Below are positions 1-8,703 of a stretch of 32,000 nt of DNA, one piece after another. Source of the stretch: Ignicoccus pacificus DSM 13166. GTDB taxonomy: Archaea; Thermoproteota; Thermoprotei_A; Sulfolobales; Ignicoccaceae. Position numbers and translations under genes: made by a program. The notes under the pieces were generated by a model. The model was given only the letters and a program-made list of their open reading frames with translations. It made no database searches and was not told the origin of the DNA. The stretch's first letter is position 1. Every line of letters starts with the position of its first letter. Where the stretch lies: positions 1,230,001 through 1,262,000 of the forward strand of contig CP006868.1 in the NCBI GenBank assembly GCA_025340205.1, given 5' to 3'.

Positions 1-530
1 TCCAAGGCATCTATGGACTTAAGCAAGCTGTTTCCGGTGGTGGTGACGTCGTCGATAACTACCACCTTCTGACCTGGCTCTATTCCCTCAACCAACTTCT
101 TCTGCCCATACTCCTTCCTCTTGGGCCTTACGTATCCCATGGGCCAGCCTAGGGTAACCGAGAGGTGTGCTGCCAAGGGAATGCCTCCGGTAGCTACTCC
201 GGCCAAGCTCGCGTAGCTCACATGCTTCTTTATTTCAGCTGCCATTAACAAAGCGGCTATCCTAGCCAGTTTGGGAAAGCTCCAGAGCTTCCTCATGTCA
301 ACGTATATATTGCTCCTTTTACCAGAGGAGAGTATGAAGGTACCTTTCTTAACCAAACCGTATTCCCTTAACTTCCTGGCCAAGTAGTTCTTGAAGTAAC
401 AACATCCCAAGTTAAATACTAACATAGGCTCGTTGACTGCCTCGACTAGCGCCTCGGCGTCTAATAAGGATCCGGTCCACGGAAGCTCGCTCAGCACCGC
501 GATGTTGTAAGCTTCCATGTAGCGGTTCAT
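1..530 (-). CDS. pyrE: Orotate phosphoribosyltransferase (C-terminus cut by window edge)
   Basis: Reverse-strand translation from ATG 530 (or GTG 536) gives MNRYMEAYNIAVLSELPWTG...GTFILSSGKRSNIYVDMRKL...GVATGGIPLA...VVIDDVTTTGNS, which contains the PRPP-binding VVIDDVTTTG motif. Confidence 0.85.
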   Translation of the reverse strand, partial: MNRYMEAYNIAVLSELPWTGSLLDAEALVEAVNEPMLVFNLGCCYFKNYLARKLREYGLVKKGTFILSSGKRSNIYVDMRKLWSFPKLARIAALLMAAEIKKHVSYASLAGVATGGIPLAAHLSVTLGWPMGYVRPKRKEYGQKKLVEGIEPGQKVVVIDDVTTTGNSLLKSIDAL

Positions 531-601
531 GTCCACAGCTTGCTACCCCGCTCTCTCACCGGGATACCTTTTAATATCCCAAAAGGTTTCAACCTCGAAC
601 C

Positions 602-1468
602 CTAGAACCACTCCCATCCTCTAGGCTCCAAGAGCCTCCCTCGGAAGTATACCCCTTCGCCTTCACTTACCTTTCCCGCCACGATACCTCCTATTCTTTT
701 AGCGAACTCCTCGGCGACATCGTTTTCGATAATGAAGACTGGTAAGTACTCCTCCCCAGAGAACAAGGCGTCCTCTAGGCTTACCTCTTCAGGCTTGGGA
801 ACGTCGAATAGGTCTATCCTAACTTTAGATGAGCTAGCTATTCTCCAAAGCGTTATGGCTAGGGAATCGCTAGAGTCGCTGGACGCGTGGATAAAATCAG
901 CGAACTCCTCAATGACATCAACCAACTCAATCCTTATCCTAGGCCTCTTGCAGTGTTCCAAGATCTCCCCTTCAGCTTCCCCTCTCAGACATGTGCTTAC
1001 ACATCCCCAGCAACCTCTCGGGATGACTAAGGAATCCCCCACCTTGGCTCCTCCTATCGGTATCGGCTTCTTAGCCGTCCCTATAGAAAAGACGTCTATC
1101 GCGTCCTCTCCCTTGTTGCTGTCGGCTCCCATGAAGATGAGGTCGTATTCCCTTATCGCCTCCAACGCCCCTTCGCTCAGCTCCTTTATTCCCTCAATTG
1201 AATTTGAATAAACGGAGAAGGAAGAGGCTAAAGGCCTTGCTCCCTTCGCTACCAAGTCGCTTAAGGAAGCTATTACTCCCCTCCAACCCACGTCCCTCAG
1301 ATCCATGAATTCCATCTTAACATCTTTGGCTCTAAATCCGTCGACGTTGGCACAAAGGAACGAATTCGTGAGCTTCAAGCACTCGCAGTCGTCTCCTAGA
1401 CCTAAGGCCCCGGTCCTCAGTTTCATCGACTTAGCCAGCTTTACTAACTCCTCCTCGACTCTTCCCAC
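602..1468 (-). CDS. thiL: Thiamine-monophosphate kinase / AIR synthase-related protein
   Basis: 288 aa. GLGDDCECL near the N-terminus, then NVDGFRAKD, DLRDVGWRGVIASLSDLVAKGARPLA and a GGAKVGDSLVIPRG block, typical of the ThiL/PurM fold. Confidence 0.65.
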   Translation of the reverse strand: MGRVEEELVKLAKSMKLRTGALGLGDDCECLKLTNSFLCANVDGFRAKDVKMEFMDLRDVGWRGVIASLSDLVAKGARPLASSFSVYSNSIEGIKELSEGALEAIREYDLIFMGADSNKGEDAIDVFSIGTAKKPIPIGGAKVGDSLVIPRGCWGCVSTCLRGEAEGEILEHCKRPRIRIELVDVIEEFADFIHASSDSSDSLAITLWRIASSSKVRIDLFDVPKPEEVSLEDALFSGEEYLPVFIIENDVAEEFAKRIGGIVAGKVSEGEGVYFRGRLLEPRGWEWF

Positions 1469-1483
1469 CAGGGTCCCCGAGAG

Positions 1484-1774
1484 TTGAGGAGGGTCGCGTT
1501 TTTGTGGGAGTCTGCCTTCGGCACCGCTTACGCGGCCTTGGGCTTCGATTGTAAGGATAGGGAGGATTGTGTGGAGAGAATTAAGGAAGCAAAGGAAATA
1601 TTGAAGGAACTCGATTCTAACCCCATCCTCACTTGGAGCTCCTACTACAAGATGTTCTTCTTGGTTACTAGGTTTGCGTTCCCAAAGGAAGAAGTAGAGA
1701 GGTTCTCGGAGAAGCTCTCAGTAAGCGGCTGGGAGGTGAAGTGGGGCAAGAGGGAGGAGGTGCTGGGGGAGTAA
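1484..1774 (+). CDS. Hypothetical protein, 96 aa
   Basis: Intact ORF divergent from the thiL-like gene, with coding-like composition. Confidence 0.5.
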   Translation: MRRVAFLWESAFGTAYAALGFDCKDREDCVERIKEAKEILKELDSNPILTWSSYYKMFFLVTRFAFPKEEVERFSEKLSVSGWEVKWGKREEVLGE

Positions 1775-1833
1775 CCTCGCTTGGAATAACCCTAAAACTG
1801 CTCTCCGCGATTGCCGACTACATGGGGTAAGTT

Positions 1834-3024
1834 TTGATTCGAAGATATCTCTTGATTGTGTTAACACTTAGTACGCTAACCTTTGCCGTCCCTCTTAGAT
1901 CCTTAAATATGATAGGCACCTACACATTCGAGTTCTACGGGAGGGGCTTGGTCAAAATAGTCGATATAAAAGTAAATGCCAATCTTTTCAAGTTTTTCCT
2001 CCAGACTACGCCCGCTCCCGTGCAGCTGAAGCAAAACGTTGTTAGGATTACTTATCAAGGCCTAATGGTCGGACCAATACCTTTAGGGTACGTAAAGGAA
2101 ATGGTCAAAGTAAAGTTCAAGGTTGTTACTGATGTACCTCCGAGATATCAAGCGCTGAGGAACATCTTAGGACCCTTGGCAGATAAGCTCTTTATGATGT
2201 GTACCATAACTCCCAACTTCGCTCTAGCTGCAAAGACTGTGGGAGGTACCGCGGGCTTCTATTTAGCAAACAACATAAAATCGTTCTTCTTCTTTGCAAT
2301 TGCACCCTATAATGTTGTACTTAAACCCGGTGACACCTTTGAATTGGTCTACTTCCTCTCCACCACGCCTAGCGTAATAAGTCTCTACGGTAGGAGAGCT
2401 CTAAGCAATCAGTGCAAGTGGGGAGGACCGTGGCTCAGCTTGGTTCCGGACGTCTACAACTTCGGAGGACTTAAGGAATTGACGTTGAGGTACGGTTTCA
2501 TGATACCTGACGCCGTGAAACCGAAGGGATATTGGGATATACCTAAGAACTCTTACGTGGCTGTCAATATAGGAACTACGTTTAACTACCCCGACGTGGG
2601 CACTTGGACCCCCAGCAGGAGTCCCTCCGGTCTAATGACCGTACCCCCGATCGTGGCACCTGTATACATTACCTACACACAAGCTCAACCCCCCTTCCCT
2701 CTCAAGCTCCCAGCGACAATTCCCATAGCGGTGCTCCAGACTGTCGAGGTAGGCTTCCAAAGGAAATGCCCTGGAGACGTGGACTTGGATGGAAAGTACA
2801 CCCTCAGAGACTTCGAGGTCGTCGCGTGTCTAGCAAAGGTCTTAAGCGACACGAAGTTTTGTAAAGAAATACTCGACACCCTACCTCCTCACCTGGTCAA
2901 CCTCGCCACGTTGCTCGGCGATGTGGATAGCAATGGTGTTCTCAACAACGTTGATGCCTTGGTATTGTTGAATATGATAGGACAGAAGTGTCCCTATGCT
3001 GATTACGCACAAGGGATGGGATAA
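1834..3024 (+). CDS. Secreted protein with C-terminal dockerin type I-like duplicated Ca-binding repeats
   Basis: 396 aa. N-terminal signal peptide MIRRYLLIVLTLSTLTFAVP. C-terminus has GDVDLDGKYTLRDFEVVACLAKVL and GDVDSNGVLNNVDALVLLNMIG (DxDxDGxxxxxD and DxDxNGxxxxxD). Confidence 0.75.
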   Translation: MIRRYLLIVLTLSTLTFAVPLRSLNMIGTYTFEFYGRGLVKIVDIKVNANLFKFFLQTTPAPVQLKQNVVRITYQGLMVGPIPLGYVKEMVKVKFKVVTDVPPRYQALRNILGPLADKLFMMCTITPNFALAAKTVGGTAGFYLANNIKSFFFFAIAPYNVVLKPGDTFELVYFLSTTPSVISLYGRRALSNQCKWGGPWLSLVPDVYNFGGLKELTLRYGFMIPDAVKPKGYWDIPKNSYVAVNIGTTFNYPDVGTWTPSRSPSGLMTVPPIVAPVYITYTQAQPPFPLKLPATIPIAVLQTVEVGFQRKCPGDVDLDGKYTLRDFEVVACLAKVLSDTKFCKEILDTLPPHLVNLATLLGDVDSNGVLNNVDALVLLNMIGQKCPYADYAQGMG

Positions 3025-3030
3025 AAAGAG

Positions 3031-3288
3031 TTACTCGTTCTTTTTCTTCTGAAGAGACTGGTAGAAGTACCACCACCTCCAGCCCCTTCCGGGTCCCCAC
3101 CAGTAAGGCGGGGGAACCTCCTCGCTGGAAGCTGGAGGTGCTGGGGGCGCGGGAGGCGCTGGAGGGGCCTCTACCTCGCCCTGCTGGTAAAGGTACCACC
3201 AGCACGGGCCGGGGCCTCCTCTGCCTCCCCATCCCCACTTCCTTCCTCTACCTCTGCCTCTTCCTCTACCAAAGCCGAACCAGCTCAT
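3031..3288 (-). CDS. Low-complexity Gly/Arg/Trp/Pro-rich small protein
   Basis: 85 aa: MSWFGFGRGRGRGRGRKWGWGGRGGPGPCWWYLYQQGEVEAPPAPPAPPAPPASSEEVPPPYWWGPGRGWRWWYFYQSLQKKKNE. Preceded on the minus strand by a TATA-like cttttatac. Confidence 0.5.
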   Translation of the reverse strand: MSWFGFGRGRGRGRGRKWGWGGRGGPGPCWWYLYQQGEVEAPPAPPAPPAPPASSEEVPPPYWWGPGRGWRWWYFYQSLQKKKNE

Positions 3289-3315
3289 CTCACATCCCAG
3301 TTAGGTATGCCTAAC

Positions 3316-3327
3316 AGAGTATAAAAG
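3316..3327 (-). promoter_or_regulatory. Putative TATA box for the 3031..3288 gene
   Basis: Reverse strand reads cttttatactct about 30 nt upstream of ATG 3288. Confidence 0.35.
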
Positions 3328-3460
3328 TGCATGTTCTCTAACGTTCCTATTTAAAGAGAACTTTTGCGGGACTGATACCTAAATAAGGTAATAGATAAGC
3401 AAAACTTTCGGGGGGTTGTGAGAGGCTTTAAAAGGACCCCTCTTAGATGGGTAGCTGGAG

Positions 3461-3763
3461 ATGAGTTCCCCCCTTCAAGAACCCCGCCGGTCATCTAGTT
3501 CCTTGAACGGGATATCGGTGAAGGTAGTCATTCGTTACGACCCTCATGATCCCCTCGCTAAGGGAATAGCAAGAGTGCTCAAGAAGTACGCAGAAGAGAA
3601 GGGGCTTCAAGCAGAAATGATCGAGGATGGAAAGGACAGTAAATCAAAAATCGTGGTGGAAAGCTTCTGGGGCAGAGGAACGGGACTCGTCGGAGGCATG
3701 GAAGTAATCGAGGGTACATACATCGACGTACAGAGGTTACAAGCGGTAGACAACAAACAATAA
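3461..3763 (+). CDS. Hypothetical protein, 100 aa
   Basis: Intact ORF with upstream TATA-like gctttaaaagg. Confidence 0.5.
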   Translation: MSSPLQEPRRSSSSLNGISVKVVIRYDPHDPLAKGIARVLKKYAEEKGLQAEMIEDGKDSKSKIVVESFWGRGTGLVGGMEVIEGTYIDVQRLQAVDNKQ

Positions 3764-3789
3764 AGCCCTTTTGCAATTTGCTAGGGATC

Positions 3790-5736
3790 TTATCCTTCTA
3801 GTTTTATTAAATATTTGAACTTTCTCTCCAGTTCTTCCTTAGAAGCAATGGTTACCACTACTGTACCTCCACCAGCCGTCGTGAAGGGGCCCTTGCCATG
3901 AGTTTCCCCAAACGCGGTAACCGCTTCCTTGTTGAATTCGTCGTAAATAATTCGGATTATACTCCTTTTGTTCTCACAGTCTGATGCATCCGAATACTCC
4001 AAAGAGTTATATTTCTCAAGACATTTCTCCTTTATCTCGTTTAGGTCTACCCTTTCCCCTGTTCGTTGATGTATCCAACTAGAGGTTATGATTGCCTTTC
4101 CCTTTACCGAGTTCGTTGAGGGATTTTTCTGTAAGGCATCAAAGGTGTCTTTGTCTAGGGGCGTGGGTATGAGTAGATAAACGGTACCCATAGCTCTGGC
4201 CTTCGCTCTTTGAATCTCCGCCTCGACGCCGCCACCCATATGAATGAGGAAATCCATATTCAAAGCGGATTCGCCGTCATGATCAGTAACGTTGATGGTA
4301 TACAAGATCGGAAGTATAACGATTAGTATATCTGACTGTTCCACGTACAAATAGTCGCGGAGCTCTATCTGCGAGTTTATCTGATTTAACATCTCCTGCG
4401 CTATGTATGAATGTTCAAGTACCTCAAACATTATATCAAGAGCTAGGGCCCGTCTGAACCTCTTGTTGACATACTTTAGGAATCCTAGTTCATCATGTAG
4501 CGGTTTGCACTTTTGGTCACAAGAGGGGTACAGAACTTTAGGATGACCTCTGTTAATTACATTCACATAGAACTCAACGTCTTCGAAGGGCCATCTGTTC
4601 ATACAATCAATTACCATGCTCAGTTTCTTGTCTTCTTCGCCCTCAGATCCCTTGGGCTCTTCTCCTAGGAGAGCGGCTTCTATCTCCTCCACTAGACTCT
4701 TACATGTCTCAAGTTTCTTAAAGTAATCAGTCTCATCTTTTCCACTCATCTCATCTTGCATTAACTTTGCGAAGAAAACTCGACCATGCCCCCTTTTTAC
4801 GTTTTCGAGCACCAATTCATCGATAGTAGTTGGTTCGAAGAGTATTAGTTTGGGGAAGAAGTCACGTAACAACTTCTTCGTTTTTTCAATTACATCACAA
4901 ACGCCCTTAACGTCCTTAAGTGGTTGGTCCTCCCTTCTAATTCTCCTGAAAATCGAGATTGGATGGGATACGTAGGCTTTCGTGTAACTTAAGGCATCTT
5001 CAAGATCGGAAGCTAACATTTCAAAGAACCTTATGTGGGTGTCTAGAGGGTACTTCAATGCAAAGATGTAGAATTCAAAGGGCTTTACGAAGCTCAATTT
5101 ACTCCCTTTATCAAGAGCTAGCTCTTGGGAGGAAGTCAAGAAAGTCAAGATATTCACGTCTGCGGCTCTCCACGACATTATCAAGAGGGGATCGATTGGG
5201 TAAACGTCGTCTTTCCGGATGTTGCGACCATTGACGTGCCCTGGCGAGAGGATCTTCTTCAGTTCTTCTTGCCTCTCGGCCAGCCTTCTTAGGATGTCGT
5301 ACCAATCATCGAACAGATAAATTACCTTCACTTCCTCAGCCAACTCTAACAGGGCGGGAAGTATGGGGTTAGGGACTAGCTCATTGGAAGTCGTAATATA
5401 GGATATATGAGTTATGAGTATGACGTGCTTAACGCCATCTTCAGAGTCGCATTTAAGGTTATGACACATCAGCTTGAGAGCTTCCTTGAAGCGATTTAAG
5501 AAGGCTGAGCGGGAGAGGTGTGCGAAGTCTAAGATTATTGGTATTATGTCCACCTTAGTTAACTCTCTTAAATAGTTTTTTTCGAAGTTTATAATTTTGA
5601 ACTTCTTCAGAGGGGAGTCAGGGTTTCTCTCGAGAGCTGCAGCTACTACCTCTCTAACGTAGTTCGAGAGGTTGAGGCCAGTAATGCCAGCAACTACGAT
5701 GATCTTCTTGAGAGGCTTTTGCACGAGCTCTCCCAA
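3790..5736 (-). CDS. Uncharacterized 648-aa protein: N-terminal degenerate P-loop/nucleotide-kinase-like region, C-terminal nucleoside 2-deoxyribosyltransferase-like region
   Basis: N-terminus KKIIVVAGITGLNLSNYVREVV, KVIYLFDDWYDILRRLAERQ. Middle YVSHPISIFRR...LILFEPTTIDEL. C-terminus DILIVILPILYTIN...MGGGVEAEIQRAKARAMGTVYLLIP. The start is TTG 5736 or possibly GTG a few codons downstream. Confidence 0.7.
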   Translation of the reverse strand: MGELVQKPLKKIIVVAGITGLNLSNYVREVVAAALERNPDSPLKKFKIINFEKNYLRELTKVDIIPIILDFAHLSRSAFLNRFKEALKLMCHNLKCDSEDGVKHVILITHISYITTSNELVPNPILPALLELAEEVKVIYLFDDWYDILRRLAERQEELKKILSPGHVNGRNIRKDDVYPIDPLLIMSWRAADVNILTFLTSSQELALDKGSKLSFVKPFEFYIFALKYPLDTHIRFFEMLASDLEDALSYTKAYVSHPISIFRRIRREDQPLKDVKGVCDVIEKTKKLLRDFFPKLILFEPTTIDELVLENVKRGHGRVFFAKLMQDEMSGKDETDYFKKLETCKSLVEEIEAALLGEEPKGSEGEEDKKLSMVIDCMNRWPFEDVEFYVNVINRGHPKVLYPSCDQKCKPLHDELGFLKYVNKRFRRALALDIMFEVLEHSYIAQEMLNQINSQIELRDYLYVEQSDILIVILPILYTINVTDHDGESALNMDFLIHMGGGVEAEIQRAKARAMGTVYLLIPTPLDKDTFDALQKNPSTNSVKGKAIITSSWIHQRTGERVDLNEIKEKCLEKYNSLEYSDASDCENKRSIIRIIYDEFNKEAVTAFGETHGKGPFTTAGGGTVVVTIASKEELERKFKYLIKLEG

Positions 5737-5824
5737 GAGGAATGTAGACTGCGTGGTTATAGGGATTTATGAATAAGAAGAAGACAGATTAACTTGGAGA
5801 GTATCAAATTCTAAAAATCTTGCT

Positions 5825-5896
5825 CAAGTAATGTTTGAGACATCTTTGTTTTCTTTTTCTGTAGAGACATATACACGTGTCTCTACAAGTAATGTT
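5825..5896. repeat. 11-bp direct repeat caagtaatgtt at 5825-5835 and 5886-5896, flanking the hairpin
   Basis: Identical 11-mers read directly in the sequence. Confidence 0.75.
5860..5887. repeat. Perfect inverted repeat (10-bp arms, 8-nt loop) between the two large genes
   Basis: tgtagagaca-tatacacg-tgtctctaca. Confidence 0.85.
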
Positions 5897-5933
5897 AATA
5901 TCCTTCGATTGCTGGGTAAAGGTAGTTCTCGCC

Positions 5934-8294
5934 CTATTTATGGCGAGAAGCCTCGTAAAAGTGTTGTGGTAAAAGTGTACATTCAGCCTTGAATAGTGCT
6001 ATCCAAGGGAAGATACAACGATCGAGTATCTCGTTATTCGTGTTTATACTTTCACATAATAATGAATCTCCTCCTAGGGAGTATTTCAAGTCGCTTTTTA
6101 TCAGTCCGACTAATCGTTCATGTAGTTTCATGTGAGGTCTCGTTTCTTTTCCTGAACCTCCGATCATCGCTACTAAGCATGACTTCCCTACTGTTTCATT
6201 GATGACACTTTCCATATTTTTACATTTTTCCTCTTGTAGACGCGATAAGAGGAACCTTACTATTAAAGCCATTACGTTAGAGTGGGTACCATATTTCTCT
6301 TCTGTACCTCCCGGTGATAAATCACGAAGAATATCTGAAATTAAAGACTTTTCGCAAGGTGAATTGTTCTCACGCAATAAGAGTAGTGTCATATAATAGA
6401 AGAGTCCATTTTCCTTTCTCCATTCATTACTTAAGAAAGACAAGATGTCGGCGACCTCGCAGTAACCCAAAGACACTTTGCCTGCACTTTTACACTTTCT
6501 TTTTTCTACTATGTATTTCCTCATCAATTTCTTCATACTCTTGCCTCCTGTTGGTCTTTTAAAGACTTCAATTATTTCCATTCCTAATATCAATATTCTT
6601 AGTATCTGGATTGTAAGTATCATCGATGAAATTAACTTTATGCGGCATTGAAGCCTCTTTTTAGCAGTTATATCTGGAGAAGAATAATCATTGACACACT
6701 GTCTAATTTGCTTTATCATATTAGAGAAGAGTTTGGTAATATCGGTCCCGAATAATTCTCTAATAATTAGATCCGAGGGAAGTACATTGGAGATTAGCTG
6801 CTCAACCTTACTGATGAGCTTATAAGCTTCAGTTATACCGTATTCTTCTGTGACTATATCGTTCTTGATTGCCAATATATTTCTTACACCCAAGTTGTTA
6901 TCCATAGCACTAATAATGCTAGATATGAGAGGAAATAAATCCCAAAGGGTCTCACCTTTCTTCTCACTACCATAACAACCTTTCCACCTTCCTTGTTCTA
7001 CTTCTTCTTTTATAGAGTTCCATTTCTCGATGATTGTTGATATCTCTTCTGCACTTACTTTAATAACTTTTTGCAAAATACTATACAATTCGAGGAAAGA
7101 AGAGGGGCTTATTAATGTTAATAATCTGTGGATGATTTCATCTACATACTCTTCAGGTAATTCTTTATTAGCTTGTTGCTTAAATCCACTTAATAATTCT
7201 TGTTGGAGAGTATAGAGAAATTTAGGCATACTTATTTTTCCTTCTGAGGTATCTGCTTCTACTATTTCGTCTCCTTTCTTCTCGACATTCTCTAGCTGGC
7301 TTTCTAAAATGTTCCCGATAGTCACCCAGATCCCCTCTAGGAGACCATAGTAAGAAGGTGGAGGAATGATTGCTATCGGAAAATTCTCTTTATTTACTAT
7401 TTTCTTCAGTATCTTAAACGTCATAGAGAGAGGAAAAATTACCTCCCAGTTGGGTAAGCTTCTCGGAGTATAGTAACTTAGTTCTGTCATAATCGTTTCT
7501 TGTTCTAGAAAATGTATTTTTTGAGAAAGAACACAGTCATACTTTTCTTTTAGAAGCCAATAAAGTATTATAAGCCGAGCGAATTCGTTTATATATATTA
7601 TTTCTGTATTATTACTCCGTTCCTGCTTAGCGATCTCACACAGTTTCGCAGCTACTGCGTTTAATGACTGGACCACAGTAATTGTTAGACCTCGTTTCCC
7701 GAGAACAATAGAGTGAATGGTATCCATGATCTTTTGCACAGCAGTTGAGTTTTCGAAGTTGAGGTACTTAAATGATCTTATAAACCAGTAAAGGAAAGAC
7801 AAGGCACTAAATTCTTCTATGGATAGTCGTAAGGGTTTTAGGTCGCGTAACCTCCCTAACTTGTTGCGCGTTCTAATGATTCCTTTTTCTACTTCAATTT
7901 TATGCAAACCAAACATGCTGTATAACATTCCAAAGGTTGCAAATGCGGTTGAATCACTCAGATAACCCAATCTGGTCCGTGGATTTTCTATATCATCAAG
8001 AATAATATAAATACTGTTGCTTGGTAAGTAATGTCTAACGTTCGACAACAGATTGGCGACATATATGGTACTCGAGGGTACTAGGCTAAGGAGAATTATT
8101 TTGTTTATGTGGTTTCTGATATCAAAATGTTCCATCACATGACTAAGATCTTCGTCATCTATTATATCTTTTATCACATCTCTTGCTCGGATAACTATAT
8201 TTTTCTCAATCCCATCATTCAGATGAGGGATTACTCTATCGAGTAACTGTAATATCACCTCCAATGTGTGAGTTATAGAGGTAGGTTCCTCCAT
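5934..8294 (-). CDS. Uncharacterized large AT-rich, mostly helical protein, 786 aa
   Basis: Long intact minus-strand ORF upstream of and co-directional with 3790..5736. No family motif recognised. Clearly lower G+C than its surroundings. Confidence 0.75.
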   Translation of the reverse strand: MEEPTSITHTLEVILQLLDRVIPHLNDGIEKNIVIRARDVIKDIIDDEDLSHVMEHFDIRNHINKIILLSLVPSSTIYVANLLSNVRHYLPSNSIYIILDDIENPRTRLGYLSDSTAFATFGMLYSMFGLHKIEVEKGIIRTRNKLGRLRDLKPLRLSIEEFSALSFLYWFIRSFKYLNFENSTAVQKIMDTIHSIVLGKRGLTITVVQSLNAVAAKLCEIAKQERSNNTEIIYINEFARLIILYWLLKEKYDCVLSQKIHFLEQETIMTELSYYTPRSLPNWEVIFPLSMTFKILKKIVNKENFPIAIIPPPSYYGLLEGIWVTIGNILESQLENVEKKGDEIVEADTSEGKISMPKFLYTLQQELLSGFKQQANKELPEEYVDEIIHRLLTLISPSSFLELYSILQKVIKVSAEEISTIIEKWNSIKEEVEQGRWKGCYGSEKKGETLWDLFPLISSIISAMDNNLGVRNILAIKNDIVTEEYGITEAYKLISKVEQLISNVLPSDLIIRELFGTDITKLFSNMIKQIRQCVNDYSSPDITAKKRLQCRIKLISSMILTIQILRILILGMEIIEVFKRPTGGKSMKKLMRKYIVEKRKCKSAGKVSLGYCEVADILSFLSNEWRKENGLFYYMTLLLLRENNSPCEKSLISDILRDLSPGGTEEKYGTHSNVMALIVRFLLSRLQEEKCKNMESVINETVGKSCLVAMIGGSGKETRPHMKLHERLVGLIKSDLKYSLGGDSLLCESINTNNEILDRCIFPWIALFKAECTLLPQHFYEASRHK

Positions 8295-8656
8295 GGTATC
8301 CCAGACACCTTTTGGTTTTACACTTTTATGAATGTTATGATTTGAGAATAAGAGAAGTTTAAATTACAGGCTCTTAAGCCTATTCAATAACGACCTAACC
8401 CCATACCACCGTACCTACCATTTGGAGTATATATAGTATATATTATGAAGCAAATACTATTTCTGAACGTGGTCTACCTCCTTTACTTGACATATTCTTT
8501 AAGTAATTATAAACAATTTTACTCTTGGTGATTATGCAACATTCTGAATTTAAAAGAAATAGGATCTTGTATTACTTAAAAAATTTCTTAAACCTGAATT
8601 TTGTGTAGTTGTAAAATTCGGCTCACGGAATTTTGGGATTCCTCCAAAGTATAGAA

Positions 8657-8667
8657 AATTTATAAAT
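8657..8667 (+). promoter_or_regulatory. Putative TATA box for the 8704 gene
   Basis: aaatttataaa about 40 nt upstream of the ATG, followed by an SD-like gggtgat at 8691-8697. Confidence 0.5.
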
Positions 8668-8703
8668 TCTTTAAAAGAGATAAGGGATTAGGGTGATAAA
8701 GAA

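Noticed and set aside
732-1211. 159-aa plus-strand ORF
   Set aside because: Lies antisense inside the thiL-like gene, is Ser-rich in the manner of shadow ORFs and has no motif.
2942-3238. 98-aa minus-strand ORF rich in RRQRG
   Set aside because: Alternate-frame shadow of the G/R/W-rich ORF 3031..3288 and of the dockerin gene end. The latter frame has the better promoter placement.
4959-5234. Pair of ORFs (91 aa plus, 64 aa minus) within the 648-aa gene
   Set aside because: Fully inside a long, well-supported coding sequence.
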